This document shows positions 38,235 through 52,366 of a stretch of DNA of 64,000 nt, one piece after another. The notes beneath the pieces are model-generated. The model saw only the letters and a program-made list of their open reading frames with translations. It was not told the DNA's origin and did not search any database. Origin of the DNA: Schmidtea polychroa (Eukaryota). How positions within the stretch are numbered: position 1 is the first letter of the stretch; every line of letters starts with the position of its first letter. Where the stretch lies: assembly GCA_044892525.1 (NCBI GenBank), contig CM097888.1:78182001-78246000 (forward strand), given 5' to 3'. The position numbers and the translations under genes are program-made.

Positions 38235-38573
38235 CAAAAAATTATTAAAATGAAAATGAAGTCAGCAAGTTGCCAGTGAAAACGAAATGCTGAAGTAAAA
38301 ATAAATATCTACAAAGATCTTTACACAGTTTCTTTTTAGTTTTATTTACATTCCTAAACAATACTCAGGCACGAATTTTAATTTTCAATTTTTCTTGTCG
38401 AAATAATATATTTTGGACTTCAACTATACCAGACTTTAGAAATTACACATCGAAGCACTTAATTTAAACAAATACATTTAATTTTTAAGTTTAACTCTTA
38501 TAGCAATATTTCTTATCATTATTCCTATGTTCTGATTCGAAAGACTTTTTTATTTAGTAAAAAAATAAATCAT

Positions 38574-39653
38574 TCATATAACCAATTTTAATTTCAAAAA
38601 CTCCGATTTTATTTTCCCTTGAAAATCAATGCCCCCATGATAAATTGCTTCTTGATTGTTAGTAATTGAGCATGCACCATCTGTTCTTGTATTAGACAAA
38701 GATCCAAGAAAAAAATATTCCTCACAATTTGGAGACATAACATACAAAAAACCGGCGCAATCTGCAACATGGCTCGCTTCAATAAATGAAGATCCTCCTG
38801 AAACTACAAATCCATGTTTTCCTGGAATTAGACAATGACCTCTTCTTCCAGCTTTCCTGCGACCTACAAGTGGACATTTTTCTAATTGAAATTCCGGAGC
38901 TCGTTGAATCAATGTCGATACAGCATCGCAAGCTTTATCAGAATTTAATCCTTTAATTACATGAATGTCGATTACTTTGTCATCTCTTCCGCCAACTATA
39001 AAGATTTTGGAATCTATAATCGCTGTACAATGCCCACTCCGAGAATCTATATTTAAAGGAAGATCAGAATAAGTAAATTTCGTAAGATTTGCGTTGCATG
39101 TCAATTTGAACGCATTTCCATAGCGTCGCTGAATTCGAGTGCTTCCTTCACGTCCAAATATTAATATACCAGGAAATCCAGTTGACGATTTTAAATTGGC
39201 ATTAGCAGTATGTGATGACAGACCAGCCCCTTTTGGGAAACCTTCTACGGCAGGGGCATTAAGCCACTTGAAATTCTGAGCATCGAAAATATTTATGGCA
39301 CTTGTCCGAGAATGACCATCCCATCCACCTATTAAAACAATATACCTGTTAGAGAATACAACTGCAGCATGCTGACTCAGAAATGGTGAATCAGACGAAG
39401 TTAAATCATCAAAATGATAAGTGTTCATATCAACTTTAAAGAATTCGTTTGTTGGCTTCAATGAATTTACTACTTTAATTCCACCATGAACAAATAAATA
39501 TTCATTTACAGATACTAGGACATGATGTGAAGAATAAACTTTTCCAGTTAATTCCTTTATTTCTTCCCATTGTAAAGGTGAATTTTTTTCTCTGGACACT
39601 AGAGAAAATCTTCTAAAATTACTATCTGAACCTTCAAAATTATTTTTATTCAT
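38574..39653 (-). CDS. KLHDC9: Kelch domain-containing protein 9-like, single exon, 359 aa
   Basis: Kelch GG repeats plus IGGWDGHSR, AGLSSHT, GREGSTRIQRRYG and SRSGHC motifs that I recognise from KLHDC9. ATG to TGA is open. Confidence 0.88.
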   Translation of the reverse strand: MNKNNFEGSDSNFRRFSLVSREKNSPLQWEEIKELTGKVYSSHHVLVSVNEYLFVHGGIKVVNSLKPTNEFFKVDMNTYHFDDLTSSDSPFLSQHAAVVFSNRYIVLIGGWDGHSRTSAINIFDAQNFKWLNAPAVEGFPKGAGLSSHTANANLKSSTGFPGILIFGREGSTRIQRRYGNAFKLTCNANLTKFTYSDLPLNIDSRSGHCTAIIDSKIFIVGGRDDKVIDIHVIKGLNSDKACDAVSTLIQRAPEFQLEKCPLVGRRKAGRRGHCLIPGKHGFVVSGGSSFIEASHVADCAGFLYVMSPNCEEYFFLGSLSNTRTDGACSITNNQEAIYHGGIDFQGKIKSEFLKLKLVI

Positions 39654-40048
39654 TTACATAGCAACACAAACAATAAATCATACTAAAAATAGCTTGCTTA
39701 TGAATTTAATTCATAAACGAGCAATAATTGGTTAATGATTTCAATTAACAAAATGATTGTACCCTGGATTTAGACTACAATTTATTTAATTTAAATTTAG
39801 ACCTAACTTTAATTCAAGAAAATTTATAACTATTAATAACTGTAGATTGAATTCATTATTTAGTAGTGATTAACTTATCTAAATTTCTTGCCACTTTTAG
39901 TTTAATTTGCGTGTTTTGTTGAGCAGTTTTTATTGGCGCATTTTATAAAATTTACAAAACCAATCCAAATCAAATTGAATCATTGTCAGATTTTAGTCGT
40001 GCTAGATTTATTATTTCATTTTAATTCTCTAGCTTATGACATTTAAAC
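39654..40048. promoter_or_regulatory. Candidate bidirectional promoter between KLHDC9 and the Sox-like gene
   Basis: The divergent ATGs are only about 395 bp apart (39653 and 40049). CCAAT-like motifs (attgg near 39934, ccaat near 39965) and slightly higher GC are present. Function is inferred. Confidence 0.4.
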
Positions 40049-41340
40049 ATGGAGCTGAATTACTCGTTGAATGATAACAATTTTAATTTACAATTAGTAA
40101 ATTTAAAACTATTGCAAATGGTGTCATGTTAATATAAATTTTTTAATTTAGGAAAGCGAATCCTTGACTTATTTCGATTTATGCCAAAAATGTTCAGCAT
40201 ATCAAAATAGTCTTAGAGACTGGATGAAACATTTAGTTGACCGTCATCCTTTACCTATTCAGTGGATGAGTGATTTGGCAAATAATTTAAGCGATGACAA
40301 ATTGTCTAAGCCATATTCGACTGTTACCGAGTCTCGTAAGAAACGCAAGAAGCATATCACTCCAAGGCCATTGAATAGTTTTATGGTAAGATTTTTAAGT
40401 TATAAATTAATGGAGTTTTTCGTTGCATTTAATTTAAATGGTATTTCAAATTTAACAAATATTATCTGATTAATTTAATTAATCTGATTAATTAATTTAA
40501 TTACAGATTTAAGCTTAATAATTTTTTTCATTTCATCTTAGTAGAAATTTTGTTCAACTTTCGAAGTTTTATTAACATTGAATATGTTGATAAGTAAATA
40601 TGAATTTGTTCAATATTTAAAAAATTATATTATTATTACATGATTTGGTAAATGAAAATATTGGATACATAGAAAAGTTGAATTAAATGATTTATTGATT
40701 ACTTAGTTGTCATGACATGGAATATTTAGATTTATTGAAATATTGCTCACAGAGGAATTGTTTATTAGAAATTTCAGTGATATTTTATTAGGAAAATCAA
40801 ATTAATTTTTAAAATAATTCCTAGGAATAAGAAGCTTATATATCTTCTAATAAATGCTAATTAAGAAGTTGGATATTTAACAAATTTAAAAAATTCGTTA
40901 ACAATTTGGTTTCATGTTGTTATTGTAAGTTTAAATTTTAATTTTTGCGCATTCCAAAGTTAATTCAAATTGCCATTTAACCACTCAATTTATTAGCTAA
41001 GCTGATTGCATTATTAGTAATTTTCTGAAACTGGGAGACCTTCACGGTTATTTTATTATTATATTTGGATTAATTTACAGTTTCAATACAGACAGTCACA
41101 GGTGAATTTATACAAGTGTTACTATGGTTTACGATGCGGAACCCCAAATTTGTGGGGCTTCAAATATAACGTAATAAACAAACAGAAATACAATAAGCAA
41201 TAACAGATCGACTCATTTATTATTATGCATAAAAATTACATTGCGAAATAATTGATATCTTCTAAATATATAATTTTCTGTTTAACAATGAATGGCTATA
41301 ATGTTATTTAAATGAATATTTATTAACTAATTAATAGTTA

Positions 41341-41423
<83 letters not shown>

Positions 41424-44400
41424 TGTGTGTCCCCGGGTTATAGCTAGTTATTAAGAATCACGATATTAAATGAAGTGGAAAATGTCCAATTAACAATCTA
41501 TTATAAAATTATCATTTTATGTTGCTTATAAAATTTCACTGATATTTTGCCGTTTTTACTTAATAATTTTGAAAAATGCTCCAAAAAATTTCATGTCCAA
41601 AATCCTAGAAAGTTTGATCCAACCCTGCTAACAGTTGAACTCAGGTTTTAATTTAGTAAGACGTTGATAAAAAAACTCACTTATAAAACGATGTCCATGC
41701 ATCTGTATATTTCGGTTATATGGCATTATTCATTGACATTTTGCAGCAAAATACGTGTTGATTTAAAAACTACGAGTTAGCATGAGATTAAGGGAAATAA
41801 AATAAAATTTTAAGTTTACATATGTTTGGCATTTTAAAATCGAATATTTTATTTTTAGGACTTGAAATAAAATCATTTTCAGAAAGTAAGTAAAAACGGT
41901 ATTTAAAACTATTGTTTGTTTGTACCAATAGAAATTTCAATATCTCAAAATGTTGAAAAAACGCTAGAATATTCAAATTTAACTAATAAGTGTTTAGAAA
42001 TGATCCTATTAGTTCTGCAAATTTTCGAGTATTTAACTTGATGGGTTTAACTTCATAATTTTATTTTTTTTACATCCATGAAACGCTAGGTTATTTTAGT
42101 TAGTTAGAAATTAAATTAATACTTTTAAAATGAAAATAATTTTCATAATATGAAATAATTTCAAATTTCAAGACAGAATTAACTTAATTCATAAAATACA
42201 CTGAGATATTGATTAACAAGGGGTGGAATTAGAGACAATATTGAACAAAAATTCTAAAATCTTTGATTGAAAGTATTTGTAGTGTTCAATAAACCAAATT
42301 AAGAAAAAAGTAATTTTTTTTAATATTTTATAAATATAAATTTCTATCATTCCTCATGTAAAATTTAAGATAACTTATTTCATGTTCAATAAATTACATA
42401 GTTATTACTTTATTTTACCGATTCTGCATTATATAAATTGGACGAATAATGTTATCGTGTAATTCAATTAATCTTCAAATGATATATGGAACATATTCTA
42501 TTGTATCTTATCAAGGATTTGGTCGAATAAGAGGCACGCTTATTTGCAAATGGTAATGATGTAAAAAGTGAATATTGGGTACAAATACCTCGAATTAGAA
42601 TATATTGAAAGCGGGCAGGGATTAATTGTTTTTTTTGCTTTCACAAAGTTAATCTAAAAAAATACCAAAACAGTAAATCTTATAGACTCTATAGTATAGA
42701 TATATTTGTCATTTTTATTATATTATTCCGAGATAAAATAACATGGAAAATGCTAATAAAATTCCAGCTAATATTATTGATTGTCTAAAACATTTGACCC
42801 AGAAAATGGCCTAAATGTTGTAAATAAATTAAAACCTTCATTACAATTTTCTTTACTCCATTGGACAGGAATTACCAATAATTTATCAATAATTAAATTT
42901 CATATTCCTGAGCTTTTATTCCACTTTAGAAATTTTGAGAGATTTTATTCGTTGTCTCAAAAAAATGAAATATTCTGCATAACAATTTAATAACATGGAA
43001 ATGCAATTATGGAAATTCAATTTATCTCAAGGCAACTTGATATTTTACCTGTAGTGAAACAGCTTTATGACTAATAATTGGTGCCATTGAGATAATTGTA
43101 ATAACATCATTTTACTCTAAAATAATTTCACCTCGGAAACCAATTTGTACGTATTTAGTTTTTTGACAAGTCCTTTTTGTTTGATTTCTCTGGGTTTGCA
43201 ATTTATAGCATGTGATTCATGTTTGATAATAGCTATGTTCAATGAAATTAATAATCACGCTTTTTATAAGGTCAAAATTGTTTTTCGAAGTTTTGCTGGA
43301 GATAATAGTGAAATTTTCAAGTGGCCCATATTTTAAGGATTGCGTGTGTTAAATACTTTATTCGTTTGTGTGATTAGTGACGATAAATGATTGAAGTGAT
43401 TGATGCGCTCTCTTGTAGCGCTTATCGCCCAGTGCCCACATGTGGAGAACGAGACTGATGATGCCTGCATTTATCAATGTCGCTAAGAATTATCAGTCAT
43501 TATATGCAGATGGGCCCTTGTGATTCAATTATTTGTTTTATTTATTTCTCAAACTTATTGTTTTAGTTAGATTTAATTAGAACCTCGAGTCTGCGTTCAA
43601 TTATAAGATGAGTTTATTGGAATTTTTTTTCATATTTTTTCCAATAAAATCGAAAATCATTTTTTAAGATTGACATTAATTTTTCAAAAATTATTAACAT
43701 TTTATAGATCACCCGTGCGCCATTATATATAAATATGACAATTTATTTTTTAAAATCCAAATTAATGACTGTCTATCTTTGATGAGATGATTAATAATTA
43801 TAATTGGAAAATTAAAATTTGATTGGTTAATTTTTCCGAGAAATTCTGATTTAAAATATACGAGACCATTAGTGATTATTTGTTTTACGCTTTTAAAAGT
43901 GCAAATTTCAAAATTTTGGATGAAAATTTGTGTAATTAAATTTTGAGTTAATAAATATCTCAATACATAAATTCTCGATAAGTGTTACAAGGGGTGAATC
44001 AATTTTTTTCAAACCCATAAAAAATAATGAGTGACAGCTCTCGAATTTTAATGAATCAGTTTTTGATTCATTTTTCAAGAGTTTTATTTATCCAGCAATA
44101 GAGCTATTGAGGGTGATACTTAATGAGAATTTAATGTATTAACAATATTTTAGTGAAAAAATATTTTACAGTAAATAAAAAGTATCGTTTTTGGTTTGTA
44201 TATTATTCGCGCCAAGAGTTTACCAAAAATTGAACTCATTACAAACCAACCATTCACATCATTAAAAAATAATTTTCCACTGTCAGTAATTAAGATAAAC
44301 AAAATTTATACCTTTATATATGTTATTTTGCATTCATGACTGGCGCGTAGTATGAGGTTGGTATTTTGGTATGACATTGAGAAAAATTTTTCTGTTTAGC

Positions 44401-46333
44401 ACTATAGGCGAATTGTAGAAAGTAAATTGTTTAAACTTTGGCATTATTTTATTAAATTTGCTTTTGGCCGCGTAGTAATAATCGTTACAGAACTATTTTG
44501 TTTTCTAGCACAGGAAAAATTGACAGAATTAATTATATTATTGAGTGAAAAGAAATGTTTAATAATTCATATTTCGACGATATTGTAGGTGGATTTTTTA
44601 AAAAGGTGCATAGAAGTCAATTTTGATTGCAATGTATTCTTTCATTTTTTGACTGATTACGTATTTTTGGGGAAAAAATTAATTCGTTTTTTCTAATGGT
44701 AAATCTCAAGTTCTGGATTGTTTATAATATATATATTTTTTATTTCTATTATTACATATCTATATAATTGTGTTGTTATACTTTGCTTTAATCTATCCGC
44801 CAATGCTAAAAAGAACAGAATAAAATTGGTTAGTCTCAAACAGCAATTTTCGACGTGTCATCCCCAACTATATCATTATTAAAAACATTCTAGCCAAGCC
44901 TATACAAAATAAAAATCTTGATTACATTTTAAAAAAGTGTAATGAAAATTTCACTAGAAATTATTTTGAAAAAATTATATTTTATTCAGATATTTTCGAG
45001 GCATTTAAGAAGAAATGTTCTCATTTTCTTTAGTGATGCTTCTAATTCAGAAATAAGTAAACTGCTTGGAAAGTTATGGAATAACATTCCAGCTGCCATT
45101 AAATCAATGTATGATAATGAAGCCAAGAAGCTTGCAATTTTGCACTCCAAAGAATTTCCTGAATATAAATATCAACCTAAAAAGAAAAAAAAACAATATC
45201 TGACTAAATGTCCTATTAATTCCACACCTTTGTCGAGTAATTCATATGAAAGTATTCAAGATATTAATTCAGTAACAGATGTAATACAGAATTCATCTAA
45301 CAACTTACATAAGGAAAGTAATCCTACTTCTGTTTCGTCTTACGGAAGCAATCAGGAATGTAATAATTCATTTATGAATCATAGTGTAAAGTCCAGTAAT
45401 TTTCCCAAAGAAATCAATCATAAACCAAATAGAAAAATTGAAAAGCAATCGTGCAAAATAATTTCCAATCAAATAATGGATGATTCAGAAGGTGCTGAAT
45501 CCAGCCCATCATCATTTAAAAACACCATTAAAAATGAAGTTTATTCCACTTATAGTCCATTTCTAAATGAATCTCACAGTATTCTTTCAGATTTAAGTTA
45601 CTCTTCGTCTCTCAACAACGTTTCAAAACACACTAGCGATTCCATTATAACGAATTCTCCTATCAGAGAAGAAATTGTCTTAGAAAATAATAAAACCTCT
45701 CAACAAAATAACGTAAACAATTACCGACACGTATTTCAGAGAAATTCAACTCTATCAAACAATTTGTTGACCCCTTTAACCATTGTCACTGACAAAGTTG
45801 ACGACCAGAAAGATTTCCCACCATCACGAATCAATATCCGCTATGTGAAAATCAATAAACTGCCAATTCAGAAATCCGATTTCCCATTGACGGGATATTT
45901 TCAAAATTTCAATAACGAATCAAATCTTCATGTTCAAAGCTCCATTCATCACGCTTTGAATACGACATTAACTCCGAATATGTCGGTAAAACGCGAGGCA
46001 ACTGCCAATAACAGCATGATGGATTATATCAATCGAAAACGTGCAAATCTCGATCCTCTTATAATCGATGATATATTTGAAAACGAACAATTCGAAGAGG
46101 AAGTGTTGAATTTCGACAATCCTGATAACAATAACAGTTCTCCTTGGTCGTTTAAATCACCTAACTTTAAAATATCTACCGGTTCCTCGACACTGTCAGA
46201 TAATCCTTACAAAGAAACGTTTTGTTCTTCCCCGTTCCATCTATCAGAAACTGATACCCAGCCGATTCCAGTTCAACGATTGCCAGCAATTGGCTCATGG
46301 TTAAAGTCTAACTATTCTGAATTCATGATCTGA
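40049..46333 (+). CDS. Divergent Sox-like HMG-box transcription factor with N-terminal C2H2-like finger (three exons, about 541 aa)
   Basis: Exons 40049-40096, 40152-40385 and 44990-46333 join in phase 0. HMG box KHITPRPLNSFM|IFSRHLRR...NSEISKLLGKLW...EAKKLAILHSKEFPEYKYQPKKK. Long Ser/Asn-rich C-terminus. Sox subgroup not assignable. Confidence 0.88.
41344..41430. repeat. (TA)n microsatellite followed by a short (GT)n
   Basis: About 38 TA units seen directly. Confidence 0.97.
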
Positions 46334-49300
46334 TCCGATCCGATCCGATCCAGCCTGATCCATTATTCTATTATTCTATTCAAATGTGTGTTTTCTCCAT
46401 TAGGATTACTTGTTCTGAATTCTAGCTGATTTTGAGTGTGTTTATAAAGTTTTTGTAACGCCTTTTCTATGCAGATGTTATATATAAATAAAAATATAAA
46501 TATAAATATAAATATATAAATTTTATTGACATTGTACAGTATTCCATATGCCTGATCTTGTACCGCATTTATTACTATACTCAATAGACCAATCTATATG
46601 TTCTCACATTTTCTATGTTATTATTGTCCACACGAATTATTAGTATAAATAATGCGTGTATTTATTACTCTGTAATTAAGGAGGAGGAAAATGATCGTTC
46701 AAATTTGCGCTTTCAAACATTTTTCATGTATAAAATATTTTCTCCTTTATCAAAAATTTAATTTTTTTTGATATCGCTATTCATCATCATATATTATTCT
46801 CCGTTGCATTTGTTAGATTATGTAAATTTTTATACGAAATGTTGTTATTTATTGTATTTTTATACGATTTTTGCTTTGGATACACTTTTATCAAATCATA
46901 TTGCCAGTATGAGCATTTATTGGTCTTGTTGTTATGGCTGCTCGAATAATTGTTTCGTACGGCGGAGGAGTCGCGATATTTTTATGGTTGCCGCTGCCGC
47001 CATTTGGTGTAAATATCAATTGCATTACGAGCACATTTTTCTCAAACTCAATTTTTTGTACTCAATTTCAATTGATTTATGTTCATTTTATTTTTAATAG
47101 AAATGAATAAATAAATTTTCATTAATAGTTTTGTTTTGAATTTCAATATTTACAAAATTTGAATGTGCTGCTAACCATAGGAAAGTGCTTATTGAAAATA
47201 AAATTTTCATAAATCTTAGTTCTTACTTTGTTCATTCATTTACAACAAATAATAATTTAATTTTAATATTTGATCACATGTTAAGATAATCTAATGGTTA
47301 ATTACTGAAATTCTCGCGTAGCTACATGAGAACTAAACTGAATTTTTTTAAACTTTCTGTAATGTATAGTTATATTTTATTTTTTTTGTAACGTTTGGCG
47401 CGTGTCGCGTTTTAAAGAGTAAAAGAAACTATATAGCGATAATTTACCATAGTAAATTATCACTATACAAAAAATTGATTTCAAATAAAATTTCAATTAC
47501 GAAAATAAATTAAGAAAACTTAACAAGCTAAACGCCAAGAAACAACTAGCTATAAAGAAGTTAGAATTTATCTGAAACACAAATTATTGACAGCCTGCAA
47601 ATCCTCAAATCCTATTCTAACCAATATCAATACTTGTACGGACAATTCCTTCAAACTAGTTCTATTATTAGAAACGGATTAACATTTAATCACTGTCTAG
47701 TTTCCGAAAACCTTTCTATTCTTCAGAAATTTTGCAGTTGAAACACAAAGTATTTTTTTAATTTTTATGTTAATAAAAGTTTTAATATTGTCATTGCAAT
47801 TATACTTTAATCGTCGATTTTACATACAAACAACCCAGCTGTCCCGAGACAGTTTATTTACTGGTGACTCGGCTGGGTACTACAATTCTCTAAATTAACA
47901 CTATAATAATACACAATTCCTATTTTACTTAAATAGAAACTACAATATATCCCCACTATTTAACATAAATAGAACTTAACAACCTAACACTTTCGTTATC
48001 CCTTATCTTAAAATATTTATTTTTTACTGAAAATGTGACATCAAATGAAAATTATTTTGAATTACAATTTAATAATATGAAAGCATATAATGGTATTCAT
48101 GAAAATGCTTTAATCAAATTAATTAAATATAAATTTTAATTAAAAATTGCATTTTAATTTACTAATATCTGTGGAATAACTTTTAAATTGTTTGTTTAAA
48201 TGTTCAAAAAAGAAACAAAAATATATTATAGCCGTCATTAATCCTAGATATGAATATGAATATATATATATATATATATATATCCGTCGTATGCGTTACA
48301 TAGTGAAATTGTGAATGACAAATGCATGACTACCAATTAAGAGGGTAACATTATGCCCTATACATTTTTATTGTACCAATAAATGCCAAATTTGTTTATC
48401 GCTAACAAGAAATTAATATTTTAGTAAAATTTTTATATAAAAATCTTTAAAATAATTATTTTATTAGTGCTCCCTCTCCTCAATAAAATACTGGTTCCGG
48501 TCCTGATGTAAGATACCTAGGGAAATCACGGATATGATTAATCATTTAAAACTGCTGCAACAAGGACCGAACTCAGTCACATAAATTTAATTTTTTCTCC
48601 ATTTTTACATTGATGAATCAATCAGAAAATATTGTTTATTCATTTTTATTTGCCAAAAAACTACGTAAGTCATTTATTAATAAATTAAAAAATTTATATT
48701 CAGCCGCAGTTATTTATTTAGATGATCCTCTTATGATTAAAACCCAACCCATCTTACAGATCACATCAAGAATTAACTGTCAACCTCGGTAACATCACTA
48801 ATAATTCTATAATTTCTCCGAGTTTCCTTTCAGCTGCCGGGGCCCGTCAGCCTAATTTAATTAAGCTTTTTCCAAATCACTAGAACATGAATGCAGAAAA
48901 CACAAGTCGAAATGAGATTTTCGTGTTTCTCAAAACTCTTCAGTTGAGGGAATTCAATCAGAACAGATTTATGAAGTCGACTATTTTCCACTCTAATGAA
49001 CTCAGTAGAAACATTTAATTAGGGAATCTCCATCTAATAATCCCAGGAGAATGTTGATTATATTGTAATTGTTAATTGATATTGGTTATTTGAGCTGTTT
49101 CTTTTTAGTGGCCTGTAAATAATAATAGAACGGCACGAGTTGAGCTTGACAGTGTTTTCCTAGCGCTCGTGGATTCGCTCACTGCTCTCATACCACTCTC
49201 ATAGTTCTGTTTGTTTTTACTAGAGCATGCTGACTAATGACTGATAGAATGAATGGGGAAACATTTCCCATGTTTTCAACTGAGCTTGAAACTATTGCGT

Positions 49301-49759
49301 GAGGATATTAGTTTAAACTCACAAATGTTCAGTTATAAATGGGTTAGACGTATGAGATGAATGAGACGAATGCAATCGTATGGAATTCTCTCGTTTGACA
49401 AATAGCTTTTACCGAAGCTAAAGATGAGGAAAAATCGACCTGATGAAATTCACTTTTTTATGATTGATGTTTAGATAATTATTTGTAAAAAATTGTTTTT
49501 ATTGGGCGTGTTCGGCATGATTTGCAACGAACATTTGATGCGTGATTTACTTTTTGAAATAATTTGCTAATTTCTGCTTCTTTTTCAGATATTATTTTCA
49601 ATTCATCTATTTACATTATTATAATTTGCTCTTTTTTTACGACAAGTTTGTCTAATTTTGATTCTTTTAATTCCACTCTAATTTGTGCATTGAAAATCCG
49701 CAATTAACTTCCGCTGTTATATTTTTTTTATCAGTTATAATATTTTTAATCTTTTCCAG

Positions 49760-49904
49760 ACTACTGGCCACTCATGCTAATCAGAAATTCAGTGAGGAAG
49801 CTAGAGTTTTTGCAGCATTTTTCACAAAAATAATAAAGAAACATCAAACAAAGCAGGCGATACAAAGGTTTTTGGGGGATGAAAGTTTTCCATATGGGGA
49901 TTAA
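49760..49904 (+). CDS. Putative orphan terminal exon
   Basis: Strong acceptor tttttaatcttttccag, then open frame LLATHANQKFSEEARVFAAFF...DESFPYGD*. Upstream exons were not identified. Confidence 0.3.
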
Positions 49905-50112
49905 AAGGGGAGATGATATGGTTAAGGGGATAAATTACATCGAAGAAATAAATATCTATTTCACATAAGATTTTGTTAAAATAAATAATTTTTACAAATA
50001 ATTTCTAAATTCTTACGTTATTTGATTAACAAAATTTGTATAAATAATTTTAAAAAAAAATTTTTAAAAAAATGATACACCATGGCTAAATGGGCATTGA
50101 TTTAAAGATTAA

Positions 50113-50129
50113 CCTCTTAAGTGGCTATG

Positions 50130-50203
<74 letters not shown>

Positions 50204-50344
50204 CTTTTACCTTAATAAGTATCATCCAATAAGATAATATTTTATTTTTTGTAACACTGCCCAAGACGTATATATACACTAGCGGATAATAAAACTCGCC
50301 GCTGAGAAGCGCGTTTCGTTTGACGAAATAAACCACTTAAGAGG
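50113..50344. mobile_element. piggyBac-type MITE (232 bp) carrying a (CA)n(TA)n microsatellite
   Basis: TTAA at 50109-50112 and 50345-50348. Perfect 12-bp TIR cctcttaagtgg. Microsatellite at about 50128-50200. Confidence 0.85.
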
Positions 50345-52292
50345 TTAATAATACAAATAAAACCTACCTATAATAAATGTATGTGTATGTATTATAGCCA
50401 AGTGACATTTAATTAAATCCATGACATTAAATAATGGCTTACGCGGATAGAAAAACTTACTGTTGGAAGAAAAATAAATACCTGCACACAAGCACGGTTT
50501 ACAAAATCTACATAATAAAAATTACACACAAATGGATATTAATTAAAGTCCAATAAATTCCAAGTTTTTAATTTTGAAACAAATTAATATGAATAAATTT
50601 GAGGATGTCTCTGATCGTAACCAATTTTTTAACTCCACAAAGATTGTATTTAGTAAAATTGAAAATAGGGAAAGGATTAAAGTCTTCTCAGCTCATGGAT
50701 TTAACAGAATGAATTCGAAAGTATATTTTCTGCAATACGCCAAGCCGTTAATGTAGAACTCCAAAAACCAAATCACAGTAATTTGAGAAATTACTATTAT
50801 CACATTAGAAGGTTCTATCCTAAATGTATGATGAAACAAAGTATTTTAGATAAATGTTAAGTTTTTGTCCATGTTAAAATAAATATATAAACGTTTTACC
50901 GATTTTATCATAAAATCTAAAAGATATTTAAAAATATTTATATTAAATGAAAAAGAAAATAAATCATTAATTACATAGAATTTAACATTAAAAATTACCG
51001 TTAATATTAAAATTATCACAAAGCACAATTGACTGGATTTTATTTAATGTCCAATTAAGCATATTTTCGTAAATTGTGTAAAATGGTGAATTTACTGTAA
51101 TTAAAACAAAAAATTTTGGTTTAAAGAATAAAAACTCAATAATAATAATGAAAATAAAACAATAAGTTTTACGTCACCGAAAAATATGAATAATGCCGAT
51201 CTTACGTGAATAATCATGAAATTTAAACTGTTTTATAAAACTGAAACTCAAAAAGTCATTATGAATCATTCATTCATTTTCTCCTACAACTTATTGTTCA
51301 TTTCATCCAACACTCAACACAAATTTGATTCCGAATTAATTATTTACGACGTAAAAAATGTTGATTTTGTTGATTCCATTTGATGTGAAGCACCATGACG
51401 TTTGGTAACAAAAATGCCAATCTATTTTAGCCCATTCTATGCCCAGAATTATTTTTGTTGAAATTTGTTCATTATTAGTAGGAAAATATCTTAAAATACC
51501 TATAAATATGAGAAAAGTGATAAAAATTAAATGATATATTTGGATATAAAGTAAGTCTTGACTAATCATACATAAAACAATAAATATTTTTTAATTGGAT
51601 TGAATAAATGGAATAATACTTAATTTTATAACTGATTATTTAAATTATAATTTTTATTAATAAGGTGATACTCAAACATTCGTTTTACAATATATTTTGA
51701 CAGTGTTCTTGCTGGTAGGACATATTAACTATAAAAATTATAGATTTTTTTAATAAATTTATTAATTTTTTTTCTAATAAAAATATATATTTTTAAATTA
51801 TAAAAATTATAATTTAAATAATAAATCTTTTTTTATTTTGTAACAAATGTATAAAAAAAATTTTTAATTTTGACATTCTATAAAATTTGAAAAATTTGAA
51901 ATTTAAAAATTATTTAATTTAATAATCTAATACATTTTAAACATCAACAATCCATATATATTCACTTGAAAAAGGCAGTGCCCACAAATGCGTGAATATC
52001 ATAAAAACTTCGAAATCTTTACTGATTCATAGTCTTATTCATAGTCTTCATTTTTTAATAAATACAATGTCAATTGAAAAGAAATCAATGGTGAATATTG
52101 AAAAAAGTTCTTATAATAATTTAGTAAAACTATTTAAAAACATTTAAAACGCAATTATTTAAAGCATTTTTCACATTAATTTTTGGATCAAATGACTTTA
52201 TCAACAAAGATTCATTAATTATACGTTCCCAATAATTATTGAAAGTTTTTAATAAAATTTAAAAATCAGACATACATATTTTTCTCATACAG

Positions 52293-52366
52293 CTTTTATT
52301 GTGCTCACCAATGTTTATCAATGCCTTCAGTTTATAATGTTAACGAGCTCCAATACAGAAATTAAG
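52293..52366 (+). CDS. Putative orphan internal exon
   Basis: tttctcatacag|...|gtaagt with one open frame (FIVLTNVYQCLQFIMLTSSNTEIK). Confidence 0.3.

Larger units (their letters stand above)
24001..47895. repeat. Second interspersed repeat family (SINE or retroelement-end-like), three copies across this span
   Basis: Shared core (c)agctgtcccg..acagtttt...ggagactct...aatttc.ttaa at about 24001-24100, 33193-33265 and 47821-47895, each preceded by an ac-rich tract. Confidence 0.55.
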
